A stretch of DNA of 64,000 nucleotides from the IMG/VR virus record IMGVR_UViG_2721755486_000003; one strand, 5' to 3'. Below the pieces are notes generated by a model that had not been told where the DNA came from, searched no databases, and saw only the letters and a program-made list of their open reading frames with translations. Position 1 is the stretch's first letter; each line of letters begins with the position of its first letter. The position numbers were made by a program, and so were the translations under genes. This DNA is from a virus (Duplodnaviria; Caudoviricetes). Below, in pieces: positions 18,427 through 30,947 of the stretch.

Positions 18427-19052
18427 CAGTTCAGTCCCAAAGCCGACTTCCCAGCGGAAACGCCCCGATACAGCAGGCTCGTGTTCGTGGCCTGCGGTTG
18501 CTTCGTGCCCGCGTTCGTCGACTGCCCGGTCTTCTGCGGCATCGCCTGATTCTCGGCCGGCACCAGCTGCGTCGTGCTGGTCTGCACCACGATGATCTCG
18601 CGGCAGTTCAACGTCGCGATCAGCGCGTTCTCGGTGCGGGCGTCCGTCGTGACGCTGATCGACCGGATCAACATGTTCAGGTACTTGCGCTTGCCCGTTG
18701 AGATGTTGACCAGCTCGCGCAGCTTCTGCAGCTGCAACAGCCGGTCGTAGGCGTAGGACGAGTAGTTGCCGAACTGTAGCGACGTGACGGACGCGAGGCT
18801 GCTGTTCGTCCAGCCGATCGTAATGGTCAGCTCCGCCGGCTTCTTGTAGGCGTGATCGGAGATCTGGGCGCCCTGCTCGACCGGGTGGTCCGTGATGACC
18901 AGCTCGTCGCTGTGCTGCTCCTCAAGCGTCACGTAAGCGCTGAACGTCCCAAGCGACGAGCTGATCGACCGCTTCGGCATGAAGATCGCGCTGACCAGGT
19001 CGGCGCCTGCGAGCGCGGCCACCGCCAGACCGCTTGTTACGAGACTCGTCAT
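18426..19052 (-). CDS. Tail tube initiator / Dit-like protein
   Basis: EEQHSDELVITDHPVEQGAQISDHAY. Confidence 0.85.
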   Translation of the reverse strand: MTSLVTSGLAVAALAGADLVSAIFMPKRSISSSLGTFSAYVTLEEQHSDELVITDHPVEQGAQISDHAYKKPAELTITIGWTNSSLASVTSLQFGNYSSYAYDRLLQLQKLRELVNISTGKRKYLNMLIRSISVTTDARTENALIATLNCREIIVVQTSTTQLVPAENQAMPQKTGQSTNAGTKQPQATNTSLLYRGVSAGKSALGLN

Positions 19053-20914
19053 TGCGCGGCCGTCCTCATGTTGCGCACCAGGCGCTGGTTCACCCCGTTC
19101 TGGGCCTGAGCCACCGCCTGCGCGGTGCCTTGTGGGTCGCTACCACCCGTCACGTGAATCGTCGTTTCCTGGGTCACGCTGACCGGCGCGCCGGCCGCGG
19201 TCTGCGGGCCGGCGGCCCGCGCTGCCGAGGCAGACGCCAGCTGCTCGGTGCTGTAGGGGTTCCGGCCGTTCTCGACCTTGATGATGGCGTCCATCAGGCC
19301 ATGCATCAGGCGCGGGTCGTTCAGGTTGAGGGCCGCATCGGAATCCACGCCCAGGCGCCGCGAAACGCTGCCGATATAGGCCTGCGTGTTGTTCTCACTG
19401 GGCGGCGCAAACTTCGAGATGATGGCGCGGACCGAGTTGATCCCCCGCGCGCCGTACCGGCGCAACTGGTCGGCCAGCGCCCGCAAGCCAGCCTCGGCCG
19501 TCTCGAACACCGCGAACCGCCCGTTCGGGCCGGTTTCCCGGGTCGCCCCGGCCTGGCCGACGAAGTTCAGGTTGCCCGGGTTGTTGTTGCGGATGCCTCG
19601 CGGCTGGCGCCCGGCCGCCGCCGCCGGCGCAGCCGCCCCGGCGGACGCGGCGGGCGCCGCGGTCGCTGCCGGCTGTTGAGCGTCGGACCCGCCGTAGGGC
19701 TTACCGTTGCCGTGCAGGAACTCGCCGACGGCGAACTTCAGGCGCCCCCAGTCCTTGTGGACGATCGCGTCGATGGCGTCGACGGCGGCGATCGCCCGGT
19801 ACATCATGTCCCCGAGCAAGTCCCTCAGCCAGGCGATCGCCTTGCCCGCGAGCTTGATCCCCGGTTCCCACTTCGACCAGTCGATCAGCGCCTGGCCGCC
19901 CTCCCTCCAGACCTTGTAGTCGTCGTAGAGCGCCAGGATGGCGGCGCCGAGCGCGATGATCCGCCCGATCGGCGTAGCCAGGAAGCCAGCCGACAGCACC
20001 TTCCAGGCGATCCCGAGCGCCGCGACTGCCTCGATGACGGTCTTCACCGTGCCGTCCAGACCGTTGAACCAGTCCACCACCGCGCCGATCGCCTGCATCC
20101 CCCGCAGGGCCAGGGTGCTGATGATGTCGGCCACCAGCAGCACGCCGCTGGCGACCTTCTCGACGATGCCGGCGATCCGCCCGAAGTTGTCGACCACGCC
20201 GTCGCGGAAGCGCCGCAGATCACCGGACAGCTTGCCGGTGAGCGTCGTGGCCACCTTCTGGCCCAGGATCACGAACGCGGCGCCCAGCGAGCGCACCTCA
20301 TTCATGAACGCATGCGACGACTTGGCGGCCTCCTGCGAATCCATGCCGGCCTTGGCCAGCATGTCCTGGTAGTCATCGCCGAACTGCCCCATGCCCTCGC
20401 GCAGGGCCATCAGCGTCTTCTCGTCGATGCCGAGCGCCTGGGCGTAGGCGTTGGCCCGGTAGAAGGGCATGCCGGCGAACTGCTTGCCGAGGTCCGCCAG
20501 GATCTCGGTCGTGTCGCGCAGCCCGCCGTTCGCCTGGCGGGTCTGCACGCCAATGCTGTGGATCAGCCCTTCCCCGCCCGGACTGTTGCGCATCAGGCGC
20601 GCCAGGCTCTCCAGCGACCCGCGCGCGGCCTCCGCCGTCGATCCCATCTGCGCGGCGGCGAAGCCCAGGGCCTGGATGTTGGCCACGGCCGCGCCGGTGC
20701 GCTGCGACGCGAAGTACAGCGACTCCATCTGGCTGGCGATCACCGTGACACTGGCCACCACGGCAGCCGACGCGGTCTTGATCGCGATCCCGAGCTCTGC
20801 AACCTTCAGCGTGGCCGAGAGGATGCCGTCGGTGAACTTCTTCTGGCCGCGCTCGTCGACCTTGAAGCCCAGGCCGACGAGAAACTCGCGGATCGTATCG
20901 ACGTCACCTGCCAT
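19049..20914 (-). CDS. Tape measure protein with C-terminal lysozyme-like domain
   Basis: IREFLVGLGFKVD start; RGIRNNNPGNL...FAPPSENNT..Y domain. Confidence 0.88.
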   Translation of the reverse strand: MAGDVDTIREFLVGLGFKVDERGQKKFTDGILSATLKVAELGIAIKTASAAVVASVTVIASQMESLYFASQRTGAAVANIQALGFAAAQMGSTAEAARGSLESLARLMRNSPGGEGLIHSIGVQTRQANGGLRDTTEILADLGKQFAGMPFYRANAYAQALGIDEKTLMALREGMGQFGDDYQDMLAKAGMDSQEAAKSSHAFMNEVRSLGAAFVILGQKVATTLTGKLSGDLRRFRDGVVDNFGRIAGIVEKVASGVLLVADIISTLALRGMQAIGAVVDWFNGLDGTVKTVIEAVAALGIAWKVLSAGFLATPIGRIIALGAAILALYDDYKVWREGGQALIDWSKWEPGIKLAGKAIAWLRDLLGDMMYRAIAAVDAIDAIVHKDWGRLKFAVGEFLHGNGKPYGGSDAQQPAATAAPAASAGAAAPAAAAGRQPRGIRNNNPGNLNFVGQAGATRETGPNGRFAVFETAEAGLRALADQLRRYGARGINSVRAIISKFAPPSENNTQAYIGSVSRRLGVDSDAALNLNDPRLMHGLMDAIIKVENGRNPYSTEQLASASAARAAGPQTAAGAPVSVTQETTIHVTGGSDPQGTAQAVAQAQNGVNQRLVRNMRTAAQ

Positions 20915-21149
20915 GTTTCTGCTCTGCGAGTTGGTGCGCCAGCTGGGTGTTCTCTGCCAGCACGTCCAGCGCTTCGTTCATCAGCGCGATGTCCGCCAGG
21001 TCGATCCTGCCGTCCTTTAGGCTTTCGAAGAGGCACATGCCCTTCACGACCGGCCGCATCAGCCAGTCCAGCCCGTCGGGCAGGGTTGCCCAGGCTATGC
21101 CGCCGGGTTCGTCGCTTGAGCGCTGGCGAGGAACCCGGACAAGAAAGGG
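20904..21149 (-). CDS. -1 frameshift extension of tail assembly chaperone
   Basis: Slippery C CCT TTC at 21149-21143; -1 frame reads ...WLMRPVVKGMCLFESLKDGRIDLADIALMNEALDV... to TGA at 20904. Confidence 0.75.
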   Translation of the reverse strand, partial: PFLVRVPRQRSSDEPGGIAWATLPDGLDWLMRPVVKGMCLFESLKDGRIDLADIALMNEALDVLAENTQLAHQLAEQKHGR

Positions 21150-21541
21150 CCCAGGCTGTGCCAGATCACCTTGGCGACCAGCTGGACGGTGCCGCCCAGG
21201 TCGATGTCGTCGAACATCAAGCCGCCGCCCGGCACGAAGACCGGCGCCCAGTTGTTCATCTGGTTGCGCAGCACCACCGCCAGGCAGGTGTTCACCACGT
21301 ATTCGAAGTCCCCGTCGGTCATGTCCGCCAGCGCTTGCGCCAGCGGCTCGACGGCGGCCGCGATGCCGGCCAGATCCTCGTTGGGGGTGCCGGCCTTGGC
21401 CGACTCGGTGAACTTCACGAACACCGGTAGCAGCTTGGGCAGCACCGGCCCGATCTTGCGCGACACGTGCAACTGCTTGATCGTGTCCAGCTTGGCCGCC
21501 CGGTACCGCTGGCCCGCGATGTCAAATTCGATCGTCTGCAT
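21095..21541 (-). CDS. Tail assembly chaperone
   Basis: Between tube and tape measure, slippery site near the end. Confidence 0.85.
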   Translation of the reverse strand: MQTIEFDIAGQRYRAAKLDTIKQLHVSRKIGPVLPKLLPVFVKFTESAKAGTPNEDLAGIAAAVEPLAQALADMTDGDFEYVVNTCLAVVLRNQMNNWAPVFVPGGGLMFDDIDLGGTVQLVAKVIWHSLGPFLSGFLASAQATNPAA

Positions 21542-21553
21542 CTATGCCCCCGG

Positions 21554-21994
21554 TCAGTAGGTGCCAAGCACCGAGTCGATCTTGATGCAGTCGAACACCC
21601 ATTCGATGATGTCGCCGTCCTTGGCGTACTTCATGTTGGGCTTCTTCTTGAAGGCGCACTCGCGCGCGACGTGCAGGTCGGCCGCAGCAGTGTTCGAAAT
21701 CGTGATGATGTTCTTGCCCCAGAGCGATGCGCTAAGGGCCTGCGCGTCGTAGGCAACCATCAGCTTCCGGTTTGCCGGGCTCGTCTTGAGCAAGCGAAAG
21801 GTGATCTGGCCCGATTTGTCGGCATGCAGACTGTGCATGCCCTCCCCGTCCGCGGCGACCGTCATGGTGTTCTTGTCGCTGGCGGCGGCCACATCAATGC
21901 CTTCTTCGGCGGCGGCTGAGCCGTAGCCCAGTTCGATGGAGCCGGTCGGGCCGACGAGCGTCGCGGTGACGTCTTTGAAGCTATACGAGGGCAT
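21554..21994 (-). CDS. Tail tube protein (DUF3277)
   Basis: YSFKDV, GADG-like ADGEG, LLKTSPAN. Confidence 0.88.
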   Translation of the reverse strand: MPSYSFKDVTATLVGPTGSIELGYGSAAAEEGIDVAAASDKNTMTVAADGEGMHSLHADKSGQITFRLLKTSPANRKLMVAYDAQALSASLWGKNIITISNTAAADLHVARECAFKKKPNMKYAKDGDIIEWVFDCIKIDSVLGTY

Positions 21995-22002
21995 GGTTCA
22001 CC

Positions 22003-24463
<2,461 letters not shown>

Positions 24464-24466
24464 GGG

Positions 24467-24838
24467 TCACCCTGCGAGCTTCTTCAGCGTGCACGTCGCG
24501 GCGATGAAGCCACGGCCGTACGAGCTGTAGCTGTTCACGTTGGTCACCGTCCATTGCCGGCCGGACCACGTCACCATATCGGCGTCGAACCCTTCCTGGC
24601 CCGGGATCAGCTGGAATTGCGTGTGGATGGTGATCGTGTCGGTGATCCGCGCGCCTTCCGCCACGCGCTGCAGGACGGCGCCGCCCATGCTGGTGACCAC
24701 GCCGTAGAAGGGGCCGGTCATCGGCGTGTCGACGGCGATGCCGTCGCTACCGACCGTCTGCGCGTTGCGGGTCACGACCAGCGTGGTGTCGAGGAAGTCC
24801 GGGTCCAGCAGGACATCGGAGACGTCGAGTAGCGGCAT
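24467..24838 (-). CDS. Head-tail adaptor / closure protein
   Basis: LDVSDVLLDPDF; synteny. Confidence 0.8.
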   Translation of the reverse strand: MPLLDVSDVLLDPDFLDTTLVVTRNAQTVGSDGIAVDTPMTGPFYGVVTSMGGAVLQRVAEGARITDTITIHTQFQLIPGQEGFDADMVTWSGRQWTVTNVNSYSSYGRGFIAATCTLKKLAG

Positions 24839-24844
24839 GGTCGA

Positions 24845-25003
24845 TTACCCCCGCGCCTGCGCCGGCACGGTGTCGCCCGGCTCGTAGACGGTGTAGTTCA
24901 CGCCGTCGCAGACCGTGTAGATCCGGTTGTCTGGAAGCGGCGAGGCCGGCGCGATGACTGGTCCGGAATCGGTTTGAACGATCACGACTGGCACGGTAAT
25001 CAT
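24845..25003 (-). CDS. 52-aa hypothetical protein (below ORF-track cutoff)
   Basis: MITVPVVIVQTDSGP...VYEPGDTVPAQARG; ATGA overlap with upstream stop. Confidence 0.6.
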   Translation of the reverse strand: MITVPVVIVQTDSGPVIAPASPLPDNRIYTVCDGVNYTVYEPGDTVPAQARG

Positions 25004-25812
25004 TTGTTCAACACCTTAACGGTCATAGCGTCCAGCGTGATGCTGTCCGCTGCGTTGGCCAACTGCATGAGCATAGTCAGGGTGATCGCTTGCGTCGGGT
25101 CTACGGCACGCGTCTGCAGGCCTGCGGTGATGGATGTCGCCGGCACGATGGATGTAGCGTGCACCATGGAAGTGCCGCGCCGGTAGAACTCCATGTAGGG
25201 GAACGACCCAAATGCTGTAGTCGCGAGCGTCGTGGTCAGGCACGAAATGCCGTTGAGCGCCAGCGTGAACTGCCGTGTACCCGCCGGGCTCGTGTTTGCA
25301 CTCACGATCCCGTCGACCTCCAACTTGCCGCCATCAGCGATCGCATTGGCTGGTATCACCACCGTCGCCATGACCGTCTGCGACGTGGTTCCCGTCAAGG
25401 TGCTGGCCGCAGACGATGTGTACAGGACTCCCGGCGCCTTCAGTCCAACGCCGCCGCCGTTCGACAGGCCGCGAGTCGTGTACCAGTTCGTGCCGTCCGT
25501 GAAGAATCGACACCCGGTGTTCGGGTAGAGCGTGACCGATCCGTTGCTCACGCCGTCCAGGCTCACGCCAGCGGGCACCGTCAGCGTCACCACGTTGCCC
25601 GAGACGTTCTCCACGCTGGCGTTCCAGCCGTTCGCGAAGTTGCCGGACGAGCCCGTTGGGGTCGGCAGGGCCTGCGAGATGGCGGACGCGGGGTTGAGGA
25701 TCAGGCAGTTGCCCAGGTCGCCGGCGGCCCAGGTGTAAGCGGCGGTCTGGATAGCGCCGCCCGCGAGGCCTACCGTTGGAACGGCGCTGGTTACCGCAGC
25801 TCGCATCGTCAT
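25000..25812 (-). CDS. Putative virion appendage / fibre-like protein
   Basis: Thr/Ala/Gly-rich, FTDGTNWY motif. Confidence 0.65.
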   Translation of the reverse strand: MTMRAAVTSAVPTVGLAGGAIQTAAYTWAAGDLGNCLILNPASAISQALPTPTGSSGNFANGWNASVENVSGNVVTLTVPAGVSLDGVSNGSVTLYPNTGCRFFTDGTNWYTTRGLSNGGGVGLKAPGVLYTSSAASTLTGTTSQTVMATVVIPANAIADGGKLEVDGIVSANTSPAGTRQFTLALNGISCLTTTLATTAFGSFPYMEFYRRGTSMVHATSIVPATSITAGLQTRAVDPTQAITLTMLMQLANAADSITLDAMTVKVLNK

Positions 25813-26168
25813 TGTGCGTCCCCCACGCTGACATACACCGTCGAGCCAGGCCCCGGCGCGATCAGACTGAGCTTCGACGTGCCGGCCGGCAGATAGAACG
25901 TCTCGACCGTCCCGGCCAGCATGAAGACGCCGTTTGCCATCGTCAGCCCCGCCGCGGTGCCGTATGCGAAGGCGATCGGCTGCGTGCCGTAGTTGGCGAT
26001 GCGCACCGTCGCGGCGCGCGTGAGCGTGGCCGGCAGGCTGATCTGCTGGACCGCGGCGGTCACGGCCAGTGCCGCGCCGGCGGTCGGCGGGTTCTGCGCG
26101 GCGCCGCTCGGGTAGAAGCTCAGGCCAGCGCTGACCTCCACGAGATCGCCATTGATCAAGCGTTGCAT
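25809..26168 (-). CDS. Putative virion accessory protein
   Basis: Beta-rich composition, GAGG RBS, coupled to the next gene. Confidence 0.65.
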   Translation of the reverse strand: MQRLINGDLVEVSAGLSFYPSGAAQNPPTAGAALAVTAAVQQISLPATLTRAATVRIANYGTQPIAFAYGTAAGLTMANGVFMLAGTVETFYLPAGTSKLSLIAPGPGSTVYVSVGDAQ

Positions 26169-26309
26169 TTCAGTCCTCGGGAATCAGGGGTGCGGGGTGG
26201 CTGCGGCAGTCCGGAGACTGGCCGAGGGGCCGATCAGGGCTGACCGGCGGGGAAACGCCCAACGGAAAAGGGCCGCACGCGGCAGCCCTCAGGTTTCAGT
26301 GATGACGGG

Positions 26310-26843
26310 TTACTTCTGGCGGACCACGTAGGTGATCGCCTGCCTGTATTGGCCGGTGTCGATCAGCGGCTTCGCGTTCGCGTTGTCCGGGGTGTTGCCA
26401 GCGGCGCGGCTGGCCAGCTCCTTCGCGGCGCCCTTCCGGCCACGCCGCGCGCGCGCACGCAGCGTCGACTCGGCCAGCGGCACGAACGGCCCATCGGTGA
26501 TCTTGGCGCGCACGCCCCGCTGCCCGACCATGCCAGCGGCGTTCAGCGCAGCGTTGACGCCGCTCGGCGAGCCGGTCAGCGCGGCGGTCGCGGCCTTGCG
26601 CAGCCGGCCGGCGACCTCGTCCTGGACGTCCTGGATGCCGGGCACCAGGTGCGGGCGCGCCCGGATGTTGTTCGCCGGCGAGCCGGTCTCCATCAGGTAG
26701 CCGATCGCCGCGTTGCTGATGGGCTGGTCGTCGTCCCGCTCGGCATTCGCCTGCGGCACGCCGACGAGCACCTCCTTGGTGGCCAGTTGGCTGATCGCCT
26801 TGATGACCGCGCCGAGCTTGTCGACGGTCATCTTGACGGTCAT
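26310..26843 (-). CDS. Neck / tail completion protein
   Basis: VLVGVP, ETGSP..IRARP, KPLIDTGQ. Confidence 0.85.
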   Translation of the reverse strand: MTVKMTVDKLGAVIKAISQLATKEVLVGVPQANAERDDDQPISNAAIGYLMETGSPANNIRARPHLVPGIQDVQDEVAGRLRKAATAALTGSPSGVNAALNAAGMVGQRGVRAKITDGPFVPLAESTLRARARRGRKGAAKELASRAAGNTPDNANAKPLIDTGQYRQAITYVVRQK

Positions 26844-27223
26844 AGCTGCAGGCCCCCGGCGCCTATCATGCGCGCGAAGTTGAGGAACCGGATTCCGTAC
26901 GACGTCATGTTCCAGAATCCGGCGTCCGACAGCGCCACGGCGCCCGTGTCGTAGGAGACCGACACCTTGTCGACCGACTTGGACGACGTCGGCCCCTTGA
27001 CCTCGCCGGGCGTGCCGCCCACGTCGGCCGTGGCGCCGTCCCGCTGCGCCAGCACCAGGTGGTGGGCCGTGACGAGCGCCAACCCCAGATTGGTGAGTTC
27101 CATCCAGCGGACGGGATTCACCAGCGACGTCGCCACGGTCAGCCACATCTGGATGAGCGTGTTCGGGTACTTCGTCGTGTCGGAGAACTCCGGGAAGTCG
27201 GCGCGGAACTGTTCAGGTGTCAT
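26840..27223 (-). CDS. Head-tail connector (DUF4054)
   Basis: FRADFPEF, AH.L, SVSYD, T.YG. Confidence 0.88.
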   Translation of the reverse strand: MTPEQFRADFPEFSDTTKYPNTLIQMWLTVATSLVNPVRWMELTNLGLALVTAHHLVLAQRDGATADVGGTPGEVKGPTSSKSVDKVSVSYDTGAVALSDAGFWNMTSYGIRFLNFARMIGAGGLQL

Positions 27224-27262
27224 GGCAGGAATGGCGATGCCCCTCTCGGGGCATCATACCCC

Positions 27263-27724
27263 TCATTTCGACTGCTTCGACGCCTTCGGCGCTTCCGCCG
27301 TGGCCTTCTCGGCTGCCTGCTCGCGCTCGGCGATCGCCTTCTCGCGGTTCAGCAGCGAGACGTCGCGCTCGTCGGCCGCGTCTTCCCGGTCGGCGACGGC
27401 ACGCTCGCGCGCGGCGAGCGCCGCATCGCGGGCGGCCAGGTCGGCCGTGCGCTGGTCGAGCTGCTGCTCGCGGCCGGCCAGCGCCTGGGCGGCGGCGTCG
27501 AGCGCCGCGCGCTGCTCGGCCAGGCCGTCGGCCTCGGTGGGGCCCACGGGGGCGCCCTCGGCCGACGCCGGCGCCCCGGCTACCGGCTTCTCGCCGGCAT
27601 GCGCCTTGACGTACCAGTGATCCGCGAGGGCCTGGTCGACTTCCTGCTCACCGATGACGAAATGCACCTTGGCGCCGTCGTCGTGGGTGAGCGTGAACGG
27701 GGTCTTGATGTAGATCTTCGGCAT
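27263..27724 (-). CDS. Hypothetical protein after the major capsid gene, coiled-coil C-terminus
   Basis: PFTL...ADHWYVKAH. Confidence 0.75.
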   Translation of the reverse strand: MPKIYIKTPFTLTHDDGAKVHFVIGEQEVDQALADHWYVKAHAGEKPVAGAPASAEGAPVGPTEADGLAEQRAALDAAAQALAGREQQLDQRTADLAARDAALAARERAVADREDAADERDVSLLNREKAIAEREQAAEKATAEAPKASKQSK

Positions 27725-27725
27725 G

Positions 27726-28814
27726 TCAGATCCCGTCGCGGTAGGCCGCCGTCACGCCGTAGCGCCACTCGATCTGGCCGAGGCGGCTCCAGTAGGTCGT
27801 GATCTGGAACAGCGAGCGGTACTCGAGCGGCGTGCGCTGCAGGTCCGTCATCGGGTACTGCACGTACTTCTTGTCGTTGTTGTACGCGACCATGCGGTCG
27901 ACCGTGCCCAGCTGGCCCTGGGTGCCGCCGACGCCGGCGCCGATCAGCCACTTCAGCTCGAGGATCTCCAGCGGCACGCCTTGCTGCGTGCAGATGTTGT
28001 TCTCGAGGATGTAGGTCAGAATCGACTTCTGGGCGGCGGTGTTGACCGGCTGCGACGCGACATAGCCGAGCTGGGCCGGCGGCAGCATCAGGCGGTTCGG
28101 CTTCACCTTCCAGCCGGAGGCCTGCCAGGCAGAGGTCAGCAGCTCGTTGACGTCCTTCAGGATCTCGCTCGGCGTCTTGGTCGTCCACTGAGGCGTGCCG
28201 CCGACGCCGTTGCCGACGTTGGAGACGCTGCCGACTGCCGAGTTGGAGTTGACCAGGCCGGTGAAGCCAAGCTGCGAGTCGCCGTAGTAGACGATCTGGT
28301 CGATGTCCATGTTCCGCTTCAGGTTCATGGCCTCGACCTTCTGCGCGTCGATCGGCATCCCGAGCCGCTGCGATTTCACCAGTTCGGGCACCGTGTACTT
28401 GACCTCGGCACCCCACAGGCGCAGCGGCTGCGGCGTCTTGCCGATGTCGACCGACGGGCCGGCGAGCGCGTTGCCCTCGTTCGAGATCCAGTTGAGGCCG
28501 TTCGGGTTGATGCCACCGCTCATGCCGAAGGCCGAGTTGGTGAACGACGCGATCTCGTCGGCCGCCGACACGTCGCTGCGGATGTGGACGTCGCGCGACC
28601 AGGTGTACTCGACCAGGGGCTCGTTCAACGTCTGGTCCAGGCGTTCGAGCTGGCCGACGAGAAACACGCCGGTCGAGTCGATAGTGGCCTGGTCGTAGGT
28701 CATCATGCCGTCGTGCGTGCGCGCACGGATCAGGCGGCGAGTCGCTTCGGCGATCTCGCTGCGGCTGCCTGCGGCGGCCAAGCGCTGCAGGCGCTTCAGT
28801 TCGGACATATCCAT
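27726..28814 (-). CDS. Major capsid protein (DUF2184)
   Basis: FLVGQLERLDQTLNEPL, IVYYGD..LG.TGLVN, YRDGI end. Confidence 0.92.
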   Translation of the reverse strand: MDMSELKRLQRLAAAGSRSEIAEATRRLIRARTHDGMMTYDQATIDSTGVFLVGQLERLDQTLNEPLVEYTWSRDVHIRSDVSAADEIASFTNSAFGMSGGINPNGLNWISNEGNALAGPSVDIGKTPQPLRLWGAEVKYTVPELVKSQRLGMPIDAQKVEAMNLKRNMDIDQIVYYGDSQLGFTGLVNSNSAVGSVSNVGNGVGGTPQWTTKTPSEILKDVNELLTSAWQASGWKVKPNRLMLPPAQLGYVASQPVNTAAQKSILTYILENNICTQQGVPLEILELKWLIGAGVGGTQGQLGTVDRMVAYNNDKKYVQYPMTDLQRTPLEYRSLFQITTYWSRLGQIEWRYGVTAAYRDGI

Positions 28815-28882
28815 GTGTTGGCTCCGGAAAAACAGAACCCCGCCTGGGCGGGGCTGGTTGATGCGCCGTCCGGCGCCAAGGA

Positions 28883-29389
28883 TCAGATGTTGATCGCGAT
28901 CTCGGTGATGCTGTAGGCGTCGGCCGGCCCCGTGAAGTACCAGCTGGCCGGCATCGCGACGGTGTTGGCGCCGTCGGCCGCCGCCTCGAAGCCGCCGATC
29001 GGCTTGCCGGCGCTGGCGTTCGCCACGCGCACGTAGACGGTGCCGCCCTTCGCCGCGGCGGTCGCGCCGTTCAGTTGCACGTTGACGTAGCCGCGCTTGA
29101 GGATGTCGGTCAGACCGGCCACGGGCGGCGTCGAGGTGCCCAGCGGGTCGCTGCCGTTGGTCTGGATCGGGTAGGCGCGCAGATTGACGCCGTAGACCAA
29201 CGCCGCGGTGTCCGAGCCGCTGTTGATCGGCTGGACCTTGCCGTTCACCATCTTCACGGCGACGCCGAAGGCGGTGGGCGGGGCGGACGAATCGATCAGC
29301 TGCGGTTCCACAGTCGACGCTTCGGCGCGCTGCAGGTCACCGGCGAAGCCCGCCGGCATGCGATAGGTATAGGCTTGCAACGAGGGCAT
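28883..29389 (-). CDS. Capsid decoration/cement protein
   Basis: RMPAGFAG, LKRGYV.V, GG.VYVR. Confidence 0.85.
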   Translation of the reverse strand: MPSLQAYTYRMPAGFAGDLQRAEASTVEPQLIDSSAPPTAFGVAVKMVNGKVQPINSGSDTAALVYGVNLRAYPIQTNGSDPLGTSTPPVAGLTDILKRGYVNVQLNGATAAAKGGTVYVRVANASAGKPIGGFEAAADGANTVAMPASWYFTGPADAYSITEIAINI

Positions 29390-29398
29390 GTCGGCTCC

Positions 29399-30853
29399 TT
29401 ACTTCCGGTTTTTCCAGAATTCCGCGTGGATCTGGTTGATGTCCTTCTTCTCCGCCGGCTGCTGGCCATGGCCATCGCCGGTGCGGGATTGGAGGGCGAT
29501 CTTGTTGCGCTGCTTGACGAGCTCGGACGCCGCGTTGAACACCACCTTGGCGGCGTCGCAGGTCAGCTTCGAGACGTCGGCGCCGCCGGTCACGGACTGC
29601 ACCAGGTCGGCGTTCTCGTTCGCCAGCGAGGCGCGCAACGCGCGGCGGCGCAGCACGCAGATCGAGTCGGCGGTCTTCTTGCGGTCCGACTTCGAGTCGT
29701 AGGTCGGTAGCCGGACGCCCGGGGCCAGGATCTCGGCGCGCGAGAGCGCGTCCTGGAACTCGTCGCGCAGGCCGGCGCTGTCGGCGGTCGGCTTGGCCCC
29801 TTTGCCACCATCGCCGGCGCCATCGCCCTCCCCGGTGCCGTCACCGTCCTCGTCATCATCGCCATCGCCGGTGGCCGTGCCGCCGGCTTCGAGCTTCGCG
29901 ACGCGGTCGCCGATCGCCTTGACCGCCTCGCCCAGCTCGGCGATCGCGCCCAGCACCTTGTCCATGGGCTCAGCGCCGCCGCCGGCACCGGCACCGGCAC
30001 CGGCACCGGCACCGGCACCACCGCCAGCGCCCTCCCCGCCGTCTTTGACGGTGGCGCCTTCCGCGCCGGCGGCACCAGGCATGTGAATGTGGATGTGCTG
30101 CTCGCCGGACTCGTCTTCGTCGCCCGTCATCTCGTTGGCGGCGGCCTCGAAGGCCTCCGAGTCGCGAGTCATGAAGGCCTTGCGCAGCTTGTCGAGCAGG
30201 CTCGACGGCGCCGGCTTCTTCTTGGTTGCCATATCGCTTTCTCCAGTCAGGTTGGCTTTGCTATCCCCAATCGAACAACTGGGGCCACAGCGGGCGTTCT
30301 TCACAAGCGCGACGTGGTTTCCCAGCACCGTCACCTGCCGCGCCCGCCCCGGCGCGATTTGCTCGTAATCGGAGTCGTAGCCGCAGCTCACCTCGAGCAG
30401 CTGGCCGGCGCGCACTTCATTAATGGCGCCCTTGTCGGTGATCAGCAGGTCGGCCAGCAGGAAGTCGCTCAGCGCGCCGGCGCCGCGCCGGATGTTGTGG
30501 GCAGTTCCCTTGGCCACCGCAGACCAGTTGTCCGGTGTCACGCCATCCGACGGGTGGTTGATCGTGACGGGCTTCCCGGCGAAGCTGGCGATCGTCTCCG
30601 GGCTGAACACAACGTCGGCCGTGCGCTCGACCACGATCACGCCGTCCTTGCCCACCAGGCCCGGCAGCTCGATCTCGGCGTAGTCCTGCGTGCCGATGCG
30701 CGCGATCGGCACCTCTTCGCACAGCAGGAAGCCTTCAGGCGTGAACGACTGCTTGGGGCCCAGCTGCTGGGACGTGAAGAAGCCCGAGGCGCTCACGGCG
30801 TCCTGAGTGGCGGTCTTCGGCCGGCAGCGGCCGCATTGGCATGGAGCGGTCAT
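29399..30853 (-). CDS. Prohead protease/scaffold (DUF2213)
   Basis: TPEGFL, IARIG, SFAGKPVTINHP, EVSCGY, NHVALV..ARCG. Confidence 0.9.
   Translation of the reverse strand: MTAPCQCGRCRPKTATQDAVSASGFFTSQQLGPKQSFTPEGFLLCEEVPIARIGTQDYAEIELPGLVGKDGVIVVERTADVVFSPETIASFAGKPVTINHPSDGVTPDNWSAVAKGTAHNIRRGAGALSDFLLADLLITDKGAINEVRAGQLLEVSCGYDSDYEQIAPGRARQVTVLGNHVALVKNARCGPSCSIGDSKANLTGESDMATKKKPAPSSLLDKLRKAFMTRDSEAFEAAANEMTGDEDESGEQHIHIHMPGAAGAEGATVKDGGEGAGGGAGAGAGAGAGAGGGAEPMDKVLGAIAELGEAVKAIGDRVAKLEAGGTATGDGDDDEDGDGTGEGDGAGDGGKGAKPTADSAGLRDEFQDALSRAEILAPGVRLPTYDSKSDRKKTADSICVLRRRALRASLANENADLVQSVTGGADVSKLTCDAAKVVFNAASELVKQRNKIALQSRTGDGHGQQPAEKKDINQIHAEFWKNRK
29982..30017. repeat. (CCGGCA)x6 coding tandem repeat, Gly-Ala linker
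   Basis: Six exact hexamers. Confidence 0.9.
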
Positions 30854-30889
30854 GGTCAGACGCAAAAAAGCCCGCGCTGGGCGGGCTGG

Positions 30890-30902
30890 TAAGTGCTTGA
30901 TT
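30890..30902. promoter_or_regulatory. IHF consensus site
   Basis: TAAGTGCTTGATT = YAANNNNTTGATW. Confidence 0.5.
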
Positions 30903-30947
30903 CGACACAGATAAACGCGGCGCGAGATCGGCGCTATAATCGCCGCT

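Noticed and set aside
29982-30017. Phase-variable repeat
   Set aside because: Unit is 6 bp, so slippage keeps frame; a simple Gly-Ala linker.
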